Source of the DNA: Mobula hypostoma
Taxonomy: Eukaryota
Direction: 5' to 3'
NCBI RefSeq assembly: GCF_963921235.1
Contig: NC_086097.1
Coordinates: 109,990,001-110,054,000 of the forward strand
Length of the DNA stretch: 64,000 nt
Every line of letters begins with the position of its first letter. Within the stretch, counting starts at the first letter, position 1. The notes under the pieces were generated by a model. The model worked only from the letters and a program-made list of their open reading frames with translations, did not search any database and was not told where the DNA came from. Shown in pieces: positions 1 to 11,641 of this stretch. Position numbers and translations under genes: made by a program.

Positions 1-45
1 AAAAAGTCCACAGTCCAAGTCCATATCCAAAACACAGAAAACCTA

Positions 46-280
46 GGCAATATTCTCTCTCTCCATAACAGAGTGACCTCACCAGCAATAAAAAGGCAGT
101 CTCCCCTCTCTATAAGCAGAACGATCTCACCAGTGATAGAAAGGCAGTCTCCCTTCTCCATAGCAGAGCAATCTCACCAGCGATAAAAAGGCAGTCTCCC
201 CTCTCCACAGCAGAGTGATCTTACCAGCCATCTCCCCTCTCCAGCAGCAGAACAATCCCCCAGCAATAAAAAAAAGCAGG
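46..280. repeat. Degenerate ~47-bp tandem repeat (~5 copies)
   Basis: Recurring unit aaggcagtctcccctctccatagcagagcgatctcaccagcgataaa seen directly in the sequence. Confidence 0.8.
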
Positions 281-283
281 CAG

Positions 284-2017
284 CTGGCAAAGGAAATGGG
301 GGAGATCTTAAATAGGTTTTTTGCATCTGTATTTACTAAGGAAACTCGCATGAAGTCTATGGAATTGAGGAAATCAAGTAGTGAGATCATGGAAACTGTA
401 CAGATTGAAAAGGAGGAGGTGCTTGCTGTCTTGAGGAAAATTAAAGTGGATAAATCCCTGGGACCTGACAGAGTGTTCCCTCGGACCTTGAAGGAGACTA
501 GTGTTGAAATTGCGGGGGCCCTGGCAGAAATATTTAAAATGTCGCTGTCTACGGGTGAGGTACCAGAGGATTGGAGAGTGGCTCATGTTGTTCTGTTGTT
601 TAAAAAAGGATCGAAAAGTAATCCGCGAAATTATAGGCCGGTGAGTTTAACGTCAGTAGTAGGTAAGTTATTGGAGGGAGTACTAAGAGACAGAACCTAC
701 AAGCATTTGGATAGACAGGGACTTATTAGGGAGAGTCAACATGGCTTTGTGTGTGGTAGGTCATGTTTGACCAATCTATTGGAGTTTTTTGAGGAGGTTA
801 CCAGCAAAGTGGATGAAGGGAAGGCAGTGGATATTGTCTACATGAATTTCAGTAAGGCCTTTGACAAGGTCCCGCATGGGAGGTTAGTTAGGAAAATTCA
901 CTCGCTAGGTATACGTGGAGAGGTGGTAAATTAGTTTAGACATTGGCTCAATGGAAGAAGCCAAAGAGTGGTGGTAGAGAATTGCTTCTCTGAGTGGAGG
1001 CCTGTGACTAGTGGTGTGCCACAGGGATCAGTGCTGGGTCCATTGTTATTTGTCATCTATATCAATGATCTGGATGATAATGTGGTAAATTGGATCAGCA
1101 AATTTGCTGATGATACAAAGATTGGAGGTGTAGTAGACAGTGAGGAAGGTTTTCAGAGCCAGCAGAGGGACTTGGACCAGCTGGAAAAATGGGCTGAAAA
1201 ATGGCAGATGGAGTTTAATACTGACAAGTGTGAGGTATTGCACGTTGGAAGGACAAACCAAGGTAGAACATACAGGGTTAATGATAAGGCATTGAGGAGT
1301 GCAGTAGAACAGAGGGATCTGGGAATACAGATACAAAATTCCCTAAAAGTGGCGTCACAAGTAGATAGGGTTGTAAAGAGAGCTTTTGGTACATTGGCCT
1401 TTATTGATCAAAGTATTGAGTATAAGAGCTGGAATGTTATGATGAGGTTGTATAAGGCATTGGTGAGGCCAAATCTGGAGTATTGTGTTCAGTTTTGGTC
1501 ACCTAATTACAGGAAGGTTATAAATAAGGTTGAAAGAGTGCAGAGAAAGTTTACAAGGATGTTGCCGGGACTTGAGAAACTCAGTTACAGAGAAAGGTTG
1601 AATAGGTTAGTACTTTATTCCCTGAAGCATAGAAGAATGAGGGGAGATTTGATAGAGGTATATAAAATTATGATGGGTATAGATAGAGTGAATGCAAGCA
1701 GGCTTTTTCCACTGAGGCAAGGGGAGAAAAAAAACCAGAGGACATGGGCTAAGGGTGAGGGGGGAAAAGTTTAAAGGGAACATTAGGGGGGGCTTCTTCA
1801 CACAGAGAGTGGTGGGAGTATGGAATGAGCTGCCAGATGAGGTGGTAAATGCAGGTTCTTTATTAACATTTAAGAATAAATTGGACAGATACATGGATGG
1901 GAGTTGTATGGAGGGATATGGTCCGTGTGCAGGTCAGTGGGACTAGGCAGAAAATGGTTCGGCACAGCCAAGAAGGGCCAAAAGGCCTGTTTCTGTGCCG
2001 TAGTTTCTATGTTTTTT
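284..2017 (+). mobile_element. CR1 LINE, 5'-truncated (RT domain to 3' tail)
   Basis: ORFs 215-934 and 968-1774 carry NYRPVSLTSVVGK, FSKAFDKVPH, GVPQGSVLGP, KFADDTK and LEYCVQFWSP. There is one in-frame stop at 932-934, and a CR1-type 3' end (gggccaaaaggcctgtttctgtg...tttctatg). Confidence 0.95.
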
Positions 2018-2399
2018 TTTCTATTTCAATCTCCCTTGTGGCTTTAATCACTGAACAATGGAAACACAATCGGTGAAATGGAGTCGACCATCGGCTCACA
2101 GCCTTCTCACCAGAAGGTTCCCACATGCTGCCTCTGCCTCCCGGAAGCCTCACGGAGACTGCAGAGCGCTGAAACACCCAAACGATCCCCAAACTGAAAA
2201 TCACAGTGTCCAACAGCTCCAGGATCACATTCAAGATGAAAAACAAATGTAAAAGACATCAAAGATCTATCCAGAAGAAGTCGATCAATGAAGCATTGTA
2301 TATAGGTGCCATCTTGACTGGAATATCAACTCAGATGGGAAAAACTTTGCTCTGTCTGCATTTGTTGTATTTTTGAATGCTTATAATCCATTTCAGGGG

Positions 2400-2685
2400 G
2401 TTTAAGTAAGAGTCATCAAACTCACTGTGAGTCAAAACCACAAATAGACTAAACACGCCAGGATGGTTATTGTTCTTTCCCTGAAGGATATTTGTGAACC
2501 AGATGGGCTTATAACAATCTGGTGGTTGTGTGGTCATCAGTACTAAAATTAGCTGTGTATTTTTAAAAGGATTTTTGGCTTAAATTAAGTGCCATATTTG
2601 CCATGCTGGGATTTGAAGTTTCACCTCTGGATGCAAATCCAGGCTTGCAGGGTTGCTAGTCTAGTAATTTAAAAACTATGCCATA
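2400..2685 (-). mobile_element. Decayed tRNA-derived SINE
   Basis: Minus strand begins tggcatagt...actagactag... with a box-B-like ttcaaatcccagcatggca. Family not assigned. Confidence 0.4.
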
Positions 2686-3242
2686 ACAGAACACTTGAGA
2701 ACAAAGATTCTGCTATTCATGTTACACATTCTCACCTCTCATATTCCACCGGTGCCAAATTGGAGCACAATATTGACCCAACACATGCAGCTGCCCAGCA
2801 GCTATCACACAACTGTGACCCTTGGCTGGCCTTTCCATGGAAAAAGCAATTGGAAAAGGGCAAACTACCTCATTCTATAGGTGCTTAGATGCTGAAAAGA
2901 AACTATTGCTCATCGATTCATATGTCAAGACTCGAATGAGTGGCCAGGAGTGCCGTAGATATCTACACAAAGGAGTTCAGATGTCCACAGCATGAGGATT
3001 CCCTTTCTGGTCAAGAATCCATAAAGAAAACGAAATATTACTTTCCCCTTCTCTGGGAGGAATGAACTATAAAAGCTAAGGGGAAGAGCCAGCTAAGGTT
3101 AGAAGGGAGCTTAGAGTATGCAAGCGAGCAATTGATATGAAAACAACTGAGTTGTCATAATTTAAGCTGTCAAATGAGAATATCCTCTATAAGATGAGCT
3201 GTTTGTGAAAATGGTACTTTAGGATAATGCAAAATGTTCTTA

Positions 3243-5853
3243 ACCATATATAAACATATAACAATTACAGCACGGAAACAGGCCATCTCGGCCCTTCTAG
3301 TCCATGCTGAACTCTTACTCTCACCTAGTCCCACCGACCTGCACTCAGCCCATAACCCTCCATTCCTTTCCTGTCCATATATCTATCCAATTTAACTTTA
3401 AACAACTACACCGAACCTGCCTCAACCACTTCTGCTGAAAGCTCGTTCCACACAGCTACCACTTTCTGAGTAAAGAAGTTCCCCCTCATGTTACCCCTAA
3501 ACTTTTGCCCTTTAACTCTCAACTCATGTCCTCTTGTTTGAATCTCCCCCATTCTCAATGGAAAAAGCCTATCCACGTCAACTCTATCAATCCCCCTCAT
3601 AATTTTAAACACCTCTATCAAGTCCCCCCTCAACCTCCAAAGAATAAAGACCTAACTTGTTCAATCTTTCTCTGTAACTTAGGAGATGAAACCCGGGCAA
3701 CATTTTAGTAAACCTCCTCTGTACTCTCTCAATTTTATTGACATCTTTCCTATAATTCGGTGACCAGAACTGTACACAATACAGTACTCCAAATTTGGCC
3801 TTACCAATGCCTTATACAATTTCAACATTACATCCCAACTCCTATACTGTGGAATTCTCTGCCACAGGAAACTGTTGAGGCCAGTTCATTGGCTATATTT
3901 AAGAGGGAGTTAGATATGGCCCTTGTGGCTACGGGGGTCAGGGGGTACAGAGGGAAGGCTGGGGCGGGGTTCTGAGTTGGATGATCAGCCATGATCATAA
4001 TAAATGGCGGTGCAGGCTCGAAGGGCCGAATGGCCTACTCCTGCACCTATTTTCTATGTTTCTATGTTTCTATACTCAATGCTCTGATTAATAAAGGCCA
4101 AAAAAAGCTTTCTTCACTACCCTATCCACATGAGATTCTACCTTCAGGGAACTATGCACCATTTTTCCTAGATCCCTCTGCTCTACAGCATTCTTCAATG
4201 CCCTACCATTTACCATGTATGTCCTATTTTGATTAGTCCTACCAAAATGTAGCAACTCACATTTTTCAGCATTAGACTCCATCTGCCATCTTTCAGCCCA
4301 CTCTTCTAACTGGCCTAGATCTCTCTGCAAACTTTGAAAACCTACTTCATTATCCACAGCACCACCTATCTTAGTATCATCTGCATACTTACTAATCCAA
4401 TTTACCACCCCATGATCCAGATCATTAATATATATTACAAACAACATTGGACCCAGTACAGATCCCTGAGGCACACCGCTACACACTGTCCTCCAATCTG
4501 ACACACAGTTATCCACCACTGCTCTCTGGTGTCTCCCATCTAGCCCCTGTTGAATCCATTTTACTACTTCGATATTAATGCCTAACGATTGAACCTTCCT
4601 AACTAACCTTCCGCGTGGAACCTTGTCAAAGGCCTTACTGAAGTCCATATAGACAACATCCACCACTTTACCCTCGACAACTTTCTTAGTAACCTCATCA
4701 AAAAATTCAATAATATTTATCAAACATGACCTTCCACGCACAAATCCATGTTGACTGTTCCTAATCAGACCCTGTCTATCCAGATAATTACATATACCAT
4801 CTCTAAGAATACTTTCCATCAATTTACCCACCACTGACATCAAACTCACAGGCCGATAATTGCTAGGTTTACTCTTAGAACCCTTTTTAAACAATGGAAC
4901 CACATGGGCAATACGCCAATCCTCCAGCACCGTCCCCGTTTCTAATAACATTTGAAATATTTCTGTCAGTGCCCCTGCTATTTCCACACTAACTTCCCTC
5001 AAGGTCCTAGGGAATATCTTGTCCGGACCCGGAGACTTATCCACTTTTATATTCCTTAAAAGCACCACTACTTCCTCTTGTTTAATTGTCATACTTTCCA
5101 TAACTACCCTTCTTGTTTCCTTTACCTTACACAATTCAATATCCTTCTCCTTAGTGAATACCAAAGAAAAGAAATCGTTCATAATCTCCCCCATCTCTTT
5201 TGGCTCCGCACATAGTCGTCCACTCTGATTCTCTAAGGGACCAATTTTATCCCTCACTATCCTTTTGCTATTAACATAACTGTAGAAACCCTTTGGATTT
5301 ATTTTCACCTTATTTGCCAAAGCAGCCCCGTATCTTCTTTTAGCTTTTCTAATTTCATTCTTAAGATTCTTTATATTCCTTGAGCACCTCATTAACTCCA
5401 AGCTACCTATATTTATTGAAGATCCCTCTCTTTTTCCGAACCAAGTTTCCAATATCCCTTGAAAACCATGGCTCTCTCAAACTTTTAACCTTTCCTTTCA
5501 ACCTAACAGGAACATAAAGATCCTGCACCCTCAAAATTTCACCTTTAAATTACCTCCATTTCTCTATTACATCCTTCCTATAAAACAAATTGTCGCATTC
5601 CACTCCTTCTAAATCCTTTCGCATCTCCTCAAAGTTAGCCTTTCTCCAATCAAAAATCTAAATCCTAGGTCCAGTCCTATCCTTCTCCATAATTATATTG
5701 AAACTAATGATATTGTGATCACTGGACCCGAAGTGCTCCCGAACACATACCTCCGTCACCTGCCCTATCTTATTCCCTAACAGAAGATCAAACACTGCCC
5801 CTTCTCTAGTTGGTACCTCTATGAATTGCTCCAAAAAACTATCTTGCACACAT
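3243..5853 (-). mobile_element. CR1 LINE (endonuclease remnant + RT + 3' tail)
   Basis: ORF 5658-5849 has the APE C-terminal HFGSSDHNII motif, ORF 4088-5452 is RT (YADD) and ORF 3406-3633 is the C-terminus. Microsatellite tail at ~3243-3260. Confidence 0.95.
3849..4069 (+). mobile_element. Short CR1 3' fragment nested in the minus-strand CR1
   Basis: (TTTCTATG)n tail; 7-bp direct repeat ctatact at 3842-3848 and 4070-4076. Confidence 0.85.
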
Positions 5854-6249
5854 TCTTCTGGTCAAAGTGGGCAAAGTTGAAAATGGAAATCTATAATGCT
5901 TGTCATACAGGTGTCCTTCATATAATACTGGTCAATGGACAATGTCTGTTTCACTGCCACTCTCGACTCTTTACAAACTACTTCATGGAACTAACTGCAG
6001 GCTATTGTTGCAACAGGGTTTGTTAGAAAAGTTCTACAAGGAAGCTTTTTGAAATAATGTATCTCTAAGAATGATGAATTCAAGTACTTTCTTTGAAATT
6101 ACTGACTTTTTCCTGTATCTCAGAAGACTGAATGGGGGAGATGCTGAGACATGATACAAAAGTGCTAGTTGATGGAAATAGAAAATTAGATGGCTTGGAA
6201 TCCTGAGCACTGGGCAAGAACATTCCGAATCAGAATAATAAGCAAATAT

Positions 6250-6860
6250 ACACATTGAACTGAATGAGTCAATTGAAAGAGCACATGATTGGACAAAAAA
6301 AATTGCATGAGCAAGGTAAGTAAAATCTAATGAATAAAGAGAGCAATAGAAAATAATCTTGCTGCATATGGAGTTTGCTCAGGCAGATAAACCAGAATAT
6401 ACAATTGTAACTCAAGCCTTCTTGAGAAAATTGTACCTTGACCATGTGAGATTTTGGAGAATGCATCAGATACATAAAAATAAACATCATTGCATTTTGT
6501 TTTGAAGTGAAGCAGTTGACTGTTACTAGTTCTTTTACACTTAGTCAAGAGCAGGGGGAGTCCTTTCCTACTTTGTTCATAAAGCTAAGATTGTGAGTAA
6601 ATACTTGTAAATTTGCAGATTTGAAATCTTACTCAGCAGAGATCAGACTATTTGAGGAATCCTGTGAACAGTTATTATATGAGGCAGGCTTAATTACAGA
6701 AAATGAATATATAGACATGTAAAGTTCTGGAGCATCCAAAGTTATTCAAGAAAAGTTAGAGAGCCAATAAAAGGAAGGAAATGCAGTGTATTCTCTTGAA
6801 CAGGGAGAATACAGCAAATGCCAGATTTTTTCTTGTTGGACATCGTCAAGTACCAGGTAA
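6250..6860 (+). mobile_element. Possible highly decayed Gypsy gag remnant
   Basis: Fragmentary translation around 6545-6660 (QEQGESF...NTCKFADL...RDQ) resembles LTR-retrotransposon gag. No intact ORF. Confidence 0.3.
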
Positions 6861-6924
6861 TGTGAAAATCCAGTTATTAATTGCATTATTATAACCGAAT
6901 CCACCACTGACAATATCTTAGGGA

Positions 6925-7260
6925 TTACCATTGAACTGCAGTATCTACATACACAATAGCTGGTCAGGACTAGGAAGCCTTCAGCAAGTAATTCAACTCC
7001 TAATTCCCCAGATCCTGCCAGCCATCTACAAGGTTCAAGTTGAGAGTGTGATGAAATATACTCTACTTGACTGGAGAAGTGCAGCTTCAACAACTGAAGA
7101 AGCTCAGAGTACTGGTCATAGAAGACCTCTTGATAGGAAAACCATCCACGATCATTCACTTGTGCCACCACTGATGCTGTAGTAGCAGTTTGCACTGTCT
7201 GAAAGGTTCTCTGCCACTGACCAAGACATCTTAGAGAGCATCATCCAAACCCTCAGCCTC
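6925..7260 (+). mobile_element. Decayed CR1/L2-group LINE C-terminal fragment
   Basis: ORF 6931-7182 (PQILPAIYKVQVESVMKY..LDW.SAAST) resembles the post-RT region of CR1/L2-group LINEs. Confidence 0.55.
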
Positions 7261-7397
7261 GACCAGCTAGAACAAGGATTCCCAACCTGGGGCCACGGAA
7301 CCCTTGCCTAATTGGTCCATGGCATACAAAACGTACACCCTTATCACTGTTCATTATATTTAGTCGTTTCAGTATATTTACAATTTTGAATCTCTGG

Positions 7398-7625
7398 CAT
7401 AGAACATAGAAAATAGAACAGTACAGCACAGAAACAGGCCCTTCGGCCCACAATGCTGTGCTGAACCAATTAAATTAGTAAGCCAGTGGCTAACTAAATG
7501 AATCTCTTCTGCCTGGACAGTGCCTATATCCCTCCATTTTCCTCACATTCATGTGCCTATCTAAATATCTCTTGTATGCCTCCAACGTTTCTGCCTCTGT
7601 CAATACCCTAGGCAGTGCAATCCCC
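7398..7625 (-). mobile_element. CR1 3' end fragment
   Basis: catagaacatagaa tail followed by cagcacagaaacaggcccttcggccc. Confidence 0.8.
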
Positions 7626-8214
7626 TCACAAATGTAAACAATGCAAGTACTGATCATATATGTGAGGCACATGTAAACAATCCAAGCATTAATACGAGTA
7701 GAGTAATGAAGTGATATGCAGTTAGCGAGAACATCAGTGTCTACTTTCACTCATGTTTGTAAGACACACATTTATTACTACATTGGCTTCTGTCCTTTAC
7801 CAATTTCATGTCCACACTGCCCCATTTGATCCCATGGGTTTGAACTTGGCTGATGTAGTGTGGTAGCTCTTCAAACAATACTGATCTAATAGTGCAGGGT
7901 GTTATTATTTAACTTCATTGAAAAATTCAATCAAGTTTGTCAGATATGATTTGCTTTTAACAAGCACCTGCCGTCTGCCAAATATTAATCTACATTTTTC
8001 AAAGAAATTCTTTACACTGACTGGGAGTATTGATTCTAAGAGATGTCCTCATTGGGCTGACTAACCTTCAGTTAGCAAGTTTTTCCCTCACTTGTTTTAA
8101 ATGGTGGTGAAATTTGCGGAGGGTACCATGTTTAGCATTGTGTTTGATCCTAAGAAAGAAAGATGTGTGCTACCAGAAGATGTCAACTGGGTGAGCACAA
8201 GTGGCAAACAGAAT

Positions 8215-8997
8215 TCAGTCTGCCTACAGAGAAGAAGTCATCACCCTGACACAGTGATGTCAAGAAAACAACCTCTCCCTCAATGTCGCAAAAACAAAGG
8301 AGCTGGTTGTGGATTCCAGGAGGAATGGAGACAGGCTAGCTCCTATTGACATCAATGGATCTGGGGTTGAGAGGGTGAACAGCTTTAAATTTCTTGGCAT
8401 ACGCATCAGCAGGGATTTCACATGGTCTGTACATACTGGCTGTGTGATGAAAGAAGCACAACAGTGCCTCTTCAGACAGCTGAAGAAGTTTGGCATGGAC
8501 CCCCAAATCCTAAGAACTCTCTACTGGGGCACAATTGAGAGCATCCTGACTGGCTGCATCACTGCCTGGTATAGGAAATGTACATCCTTTAATTGCAGGA
8601 ATCTGCAGAGAGTGCTGTGGACAACCGAACACATCAGTAGATCTATATTCAGGACATTTACAGAGACAGGAGTGTAAAAAGGGCCCGAAGGATCATTGGG
8701 GACCTGAGTCACCCCAACCACAAACTGTTCCAGCTGCTACCAACCGGGAAGCAGTACCACAGCATAAAAGCCAGGACCAACAAGCTCTGGGACAGCTTCT
8801 TCCACCAGGCCATCAGACTGATTAATTCATACTGATACAATTGTATTTCTTTGTTATATTGACTGTCCTGTTGTACATACTATTTATTACAAATTACTAT
8901 AACTTGCACATTGCACATTTAGACAGAGGTCTTACGTAAAGATTTTTACTCCTCATGTATATGAAGAATGTAAGTAATAAAGTCAATTCAATTCAAT
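8215..8997 (+). mobile_element. Rex1/Babar LINE 3' portion
   Basis: ORF 8309-8677 (INGSGVERVNSFKFLGIRIS...IESILTGCITAWY); ends aataaagtcaattcaattcaa. Confidence 0.85.
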
Positions 8998-9457
8998 AAG
9001 TTAAAGTGACACAAGTGGGTAGAACAAACAAAACTAGGAGAGTACACAATGAATGGTAGGACAGAGGTTATGTAGGCAATTCATTAAAGTACATTTATTG
9101 TCAGTATGTGTGCAGTATACAATCTGAGAATCATCTTCCCCCCAGACAGCCACAAAACAAAGAAAACCATAGAATCCGTTCAAAGAAAAACATCAAACTC
9201 CACCACCCCCACGCACAACAAAAACAAATCATGCAAACAGCAACAACATCTGTGTGACCATGATGACAATCTAACCAACCGTATCTGCCTACACATAGTC
9301 CGTAGACTTCTATGTGTTTGTCTAAAAGCCTCTTCAAAGTTGCTGTTGTATCTGCTTCTGCCAGCTCCCCTGACAGCACATTCCAAACACCTGCCATTCT
9401 CTGTGTAAAAAAAAAGCATACTTTAAAATTTCTCCCTCTCACCTAAACTTACCAACA

Positions 9458-9532
9458 ACCCGGGTTCAATTCCCACTGCTGCCTATAAGGAGTGTGTATG
9501 TTCTCCCCATGACCACATAGGTTTCCTCCAAG
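9458..9532 (+). mobile_element. V-SINE fragment
   Basis: Box-B-like gggttcaattcc followed by a V-domain-like gagtgtgtatgttctcccc...ggtttcctcc. Confidence 0.65.
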
Positions 9533-9699
9533 TGTTACCTTCTTTACCATCCTATCTACTTATGATTCCGCATTCAAAAAGCAAAGAACTTACATCCCAA
9601 GCTCTCTCTATAAACCAGTGATTCTTGGGGTCCTGCCATTTATAATAGACTTTCTTCTTTCATTGGTTTCCCAAAATGTTTTACTTCACACCTAGATGA

Positions 9700-9825
9700 A
9701 GGATCCTGCTGAAGAGTCTCGGCCTGAAATGTCGACTATACTCTTTTCCACAGATGTTGCCTGGCCTGTATTTTGTGTGTATTGCTTGGATTTCCAGCAT
9801 CTGCAGATTTTCTCTTGTTTGTGAA
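9700..9825 (+). mobile_element. Short PLE pseudo-LTR derivative with degenerate hammerhead motif
   Basis: cctgctgaagagtctcggcctgaaatgtcgact followed by the shared tail ...ggatttccagcatctgcag. Confidence 0.7.
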
Positions 9826-10114
9826 TGGTTCACTTCACACTAGCTCAGATTTAACTCCATTGACAACCTTCCTCACTATCAACAAGTCCACTAATTTTCA
9901 TGTAATCTACAAATTTACTGATAAACCACCTACATTTTTATCTAAATCATTTAAAAAACTTCAGTCATCTATGACCAAGACAATTTTGTATCGTACTTAA
10001 CAACTTACTACAGAATCATAAATCATATGTTTATCCAATGAGGAAACCATCCTTCAGCAGAACGCATCTCTGACAACTGAGGTGCCCAATTCCATGTACC
10101 TGGTTTTAGTTGTT

Positions 10115-10325
10115 TATTAATTTATTTATTGAGATACAGCAGAGAATAGGCCCTTCTGGCCCTTCGAGCCAAACTGCCCAACAATTCCCCAATTTAACTC
10201 CAGCCTAATCACAGGACAATACACAATGACCAAATAACCTACTAACCAGTACATCTTTGGACTGTGGGAGGAAAGCGGAGCACCCAGAGGAAACCTATGC
10301 GGTCATGGGGAGAACCAACAAACTC
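10115..10325 (-). mobile_element. V-SINE with CR1-like 3' tail
   Basis: tgtgggaggaaagcggagcacccagaggaaacc is the reverse complement of the V-domain core. Confidence 0.75.
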
Positions 10326-10326
10326 A

Positions 10327-11130
10327 GAGTCAGAATCAGAATCAGGTTTATTATCACCATGAAATTTGTTAACTTAGCAGCAGCAGTTCAATGCAATACA
10401 TAATATAGAAGGAAAAATATAATAATAATAAATAAATAAATAAATATATTACTGTGTGTATATTGTATAGATTAAAAATCATGCAAAAAAAAAGTAATAT
10501 ATATTAAAAAAGTGAGGTCGTGTTCAGGGGTTCAGTGTCCATTTAGGAATTGGATGGCAGAGGGGAAGAAGCTGTTCCTGAATTGCTGAGTATGCGGCTT
10601 CAGGTTTCTGTACCTCCTTCCTGATGGTAACAGTGAGAAAAGGGCATGCCCTGGGTGCTGCAGGTCCTTAATAATGGACGCTGCCTTTCTCAGACACCAT
10701 TCCTTGATGATGTCCTGGGTGCTTTATAGACTAGTATCCAAGATGGAGCCGACTAAATTTACAACCCTCTGAAGCTTCTCTCAGTCCTGTGCAGTAGCCC
10801 CTCACCCCCCATACCAGACAGTGATGCAGCCTGTTAGAATGCTCTCTACAGTACATCTACAGAAGTTTTTGAGTGTATTTGTTGACATACCAAATCTCTT
10901 CAAACTCCTAATGAAGCACAGTCGCTGTCTTGCCTTCTTTGTAACTGCATCGATATGTTAGGACTGGGTTAGGTCCTCAGAGATCTTGACACCCAGGAAC
11001 TTGAAACTGCTCACTCTCTCCACTTATGATCCCTCTATGAGGATTGGTATGTGTTCTTTCATCTTACCCTTCCCGAAGTCCACAATCAGCTCTTTCATCT
11101 TGCTGACATTGAGTGCAAGGTTGTTGCTGC
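10327..11130 (-). mobile_element. Rex1/Babar LINE 3' portion
   Basis: (CAGAAT)n tail at the left end; homologous to the other Rex1 copies in the window. Confidence 0.8.
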
Positions 11131-11603
11131 TTTAACCTAGATCACCTGTACAATAAAGCGTTATGCTAATCATTATGGCTTATATCCTTCTAAACATTTC
11201 CCATTTAGCTATCTTTTGAACATTGCAATTGTGTCCACCTCTAACACTTCTGCAGACAGCTCGTTCCATATTCCCACCATCCACATTGTGAAAATCTTGT
11301 CCCTCAGGTCCCGTTTAAATCTTACCTCCTTAAACCATGAAAGCTATTTCCTTATACACATTCTTTCTCTCACTCTCCTTTTTCTCCCTCTGTCCCTCTG
11401 ACTATACCCCTTGCCCATCCACTGGGTTCCTCCCTCCCTTGTCTTTCTCCCCGGGCCTCCTGTCCCATGATCCTCTCGTATCCCCTCTGCCAATCACCTG
11501 TCCAGCTCTTGGCTCCATCCCTCCCCCTCCTGTCTTCTCCTATCATTTTGGATCTCCCCCTCCCCCTCCCACTCTCAAATCTCTTACTAACTCTTCCTTC
11601 AGT

Positions 11604-11641
11604 TAGTCCTGACGAAGGGTCTTGGCCTGAAACATCGACTG
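11604..11641 (+). ncRNA. Minimal hammerhead ribozyme motif in 5' pseudo-LTR
   Basis: AGTC-CTGACGA-A-GGGT-CTTG-GCCT-GAAAC-ATC-GACT. Confidence 0.7.

Noticed and set aside
8309..8677. ALKBH8 N-terminal-like (DUF1891) gene fragments
   Set aside because: These are post-RT regions of Rex1/Babar LINEs repeated many times in the window.
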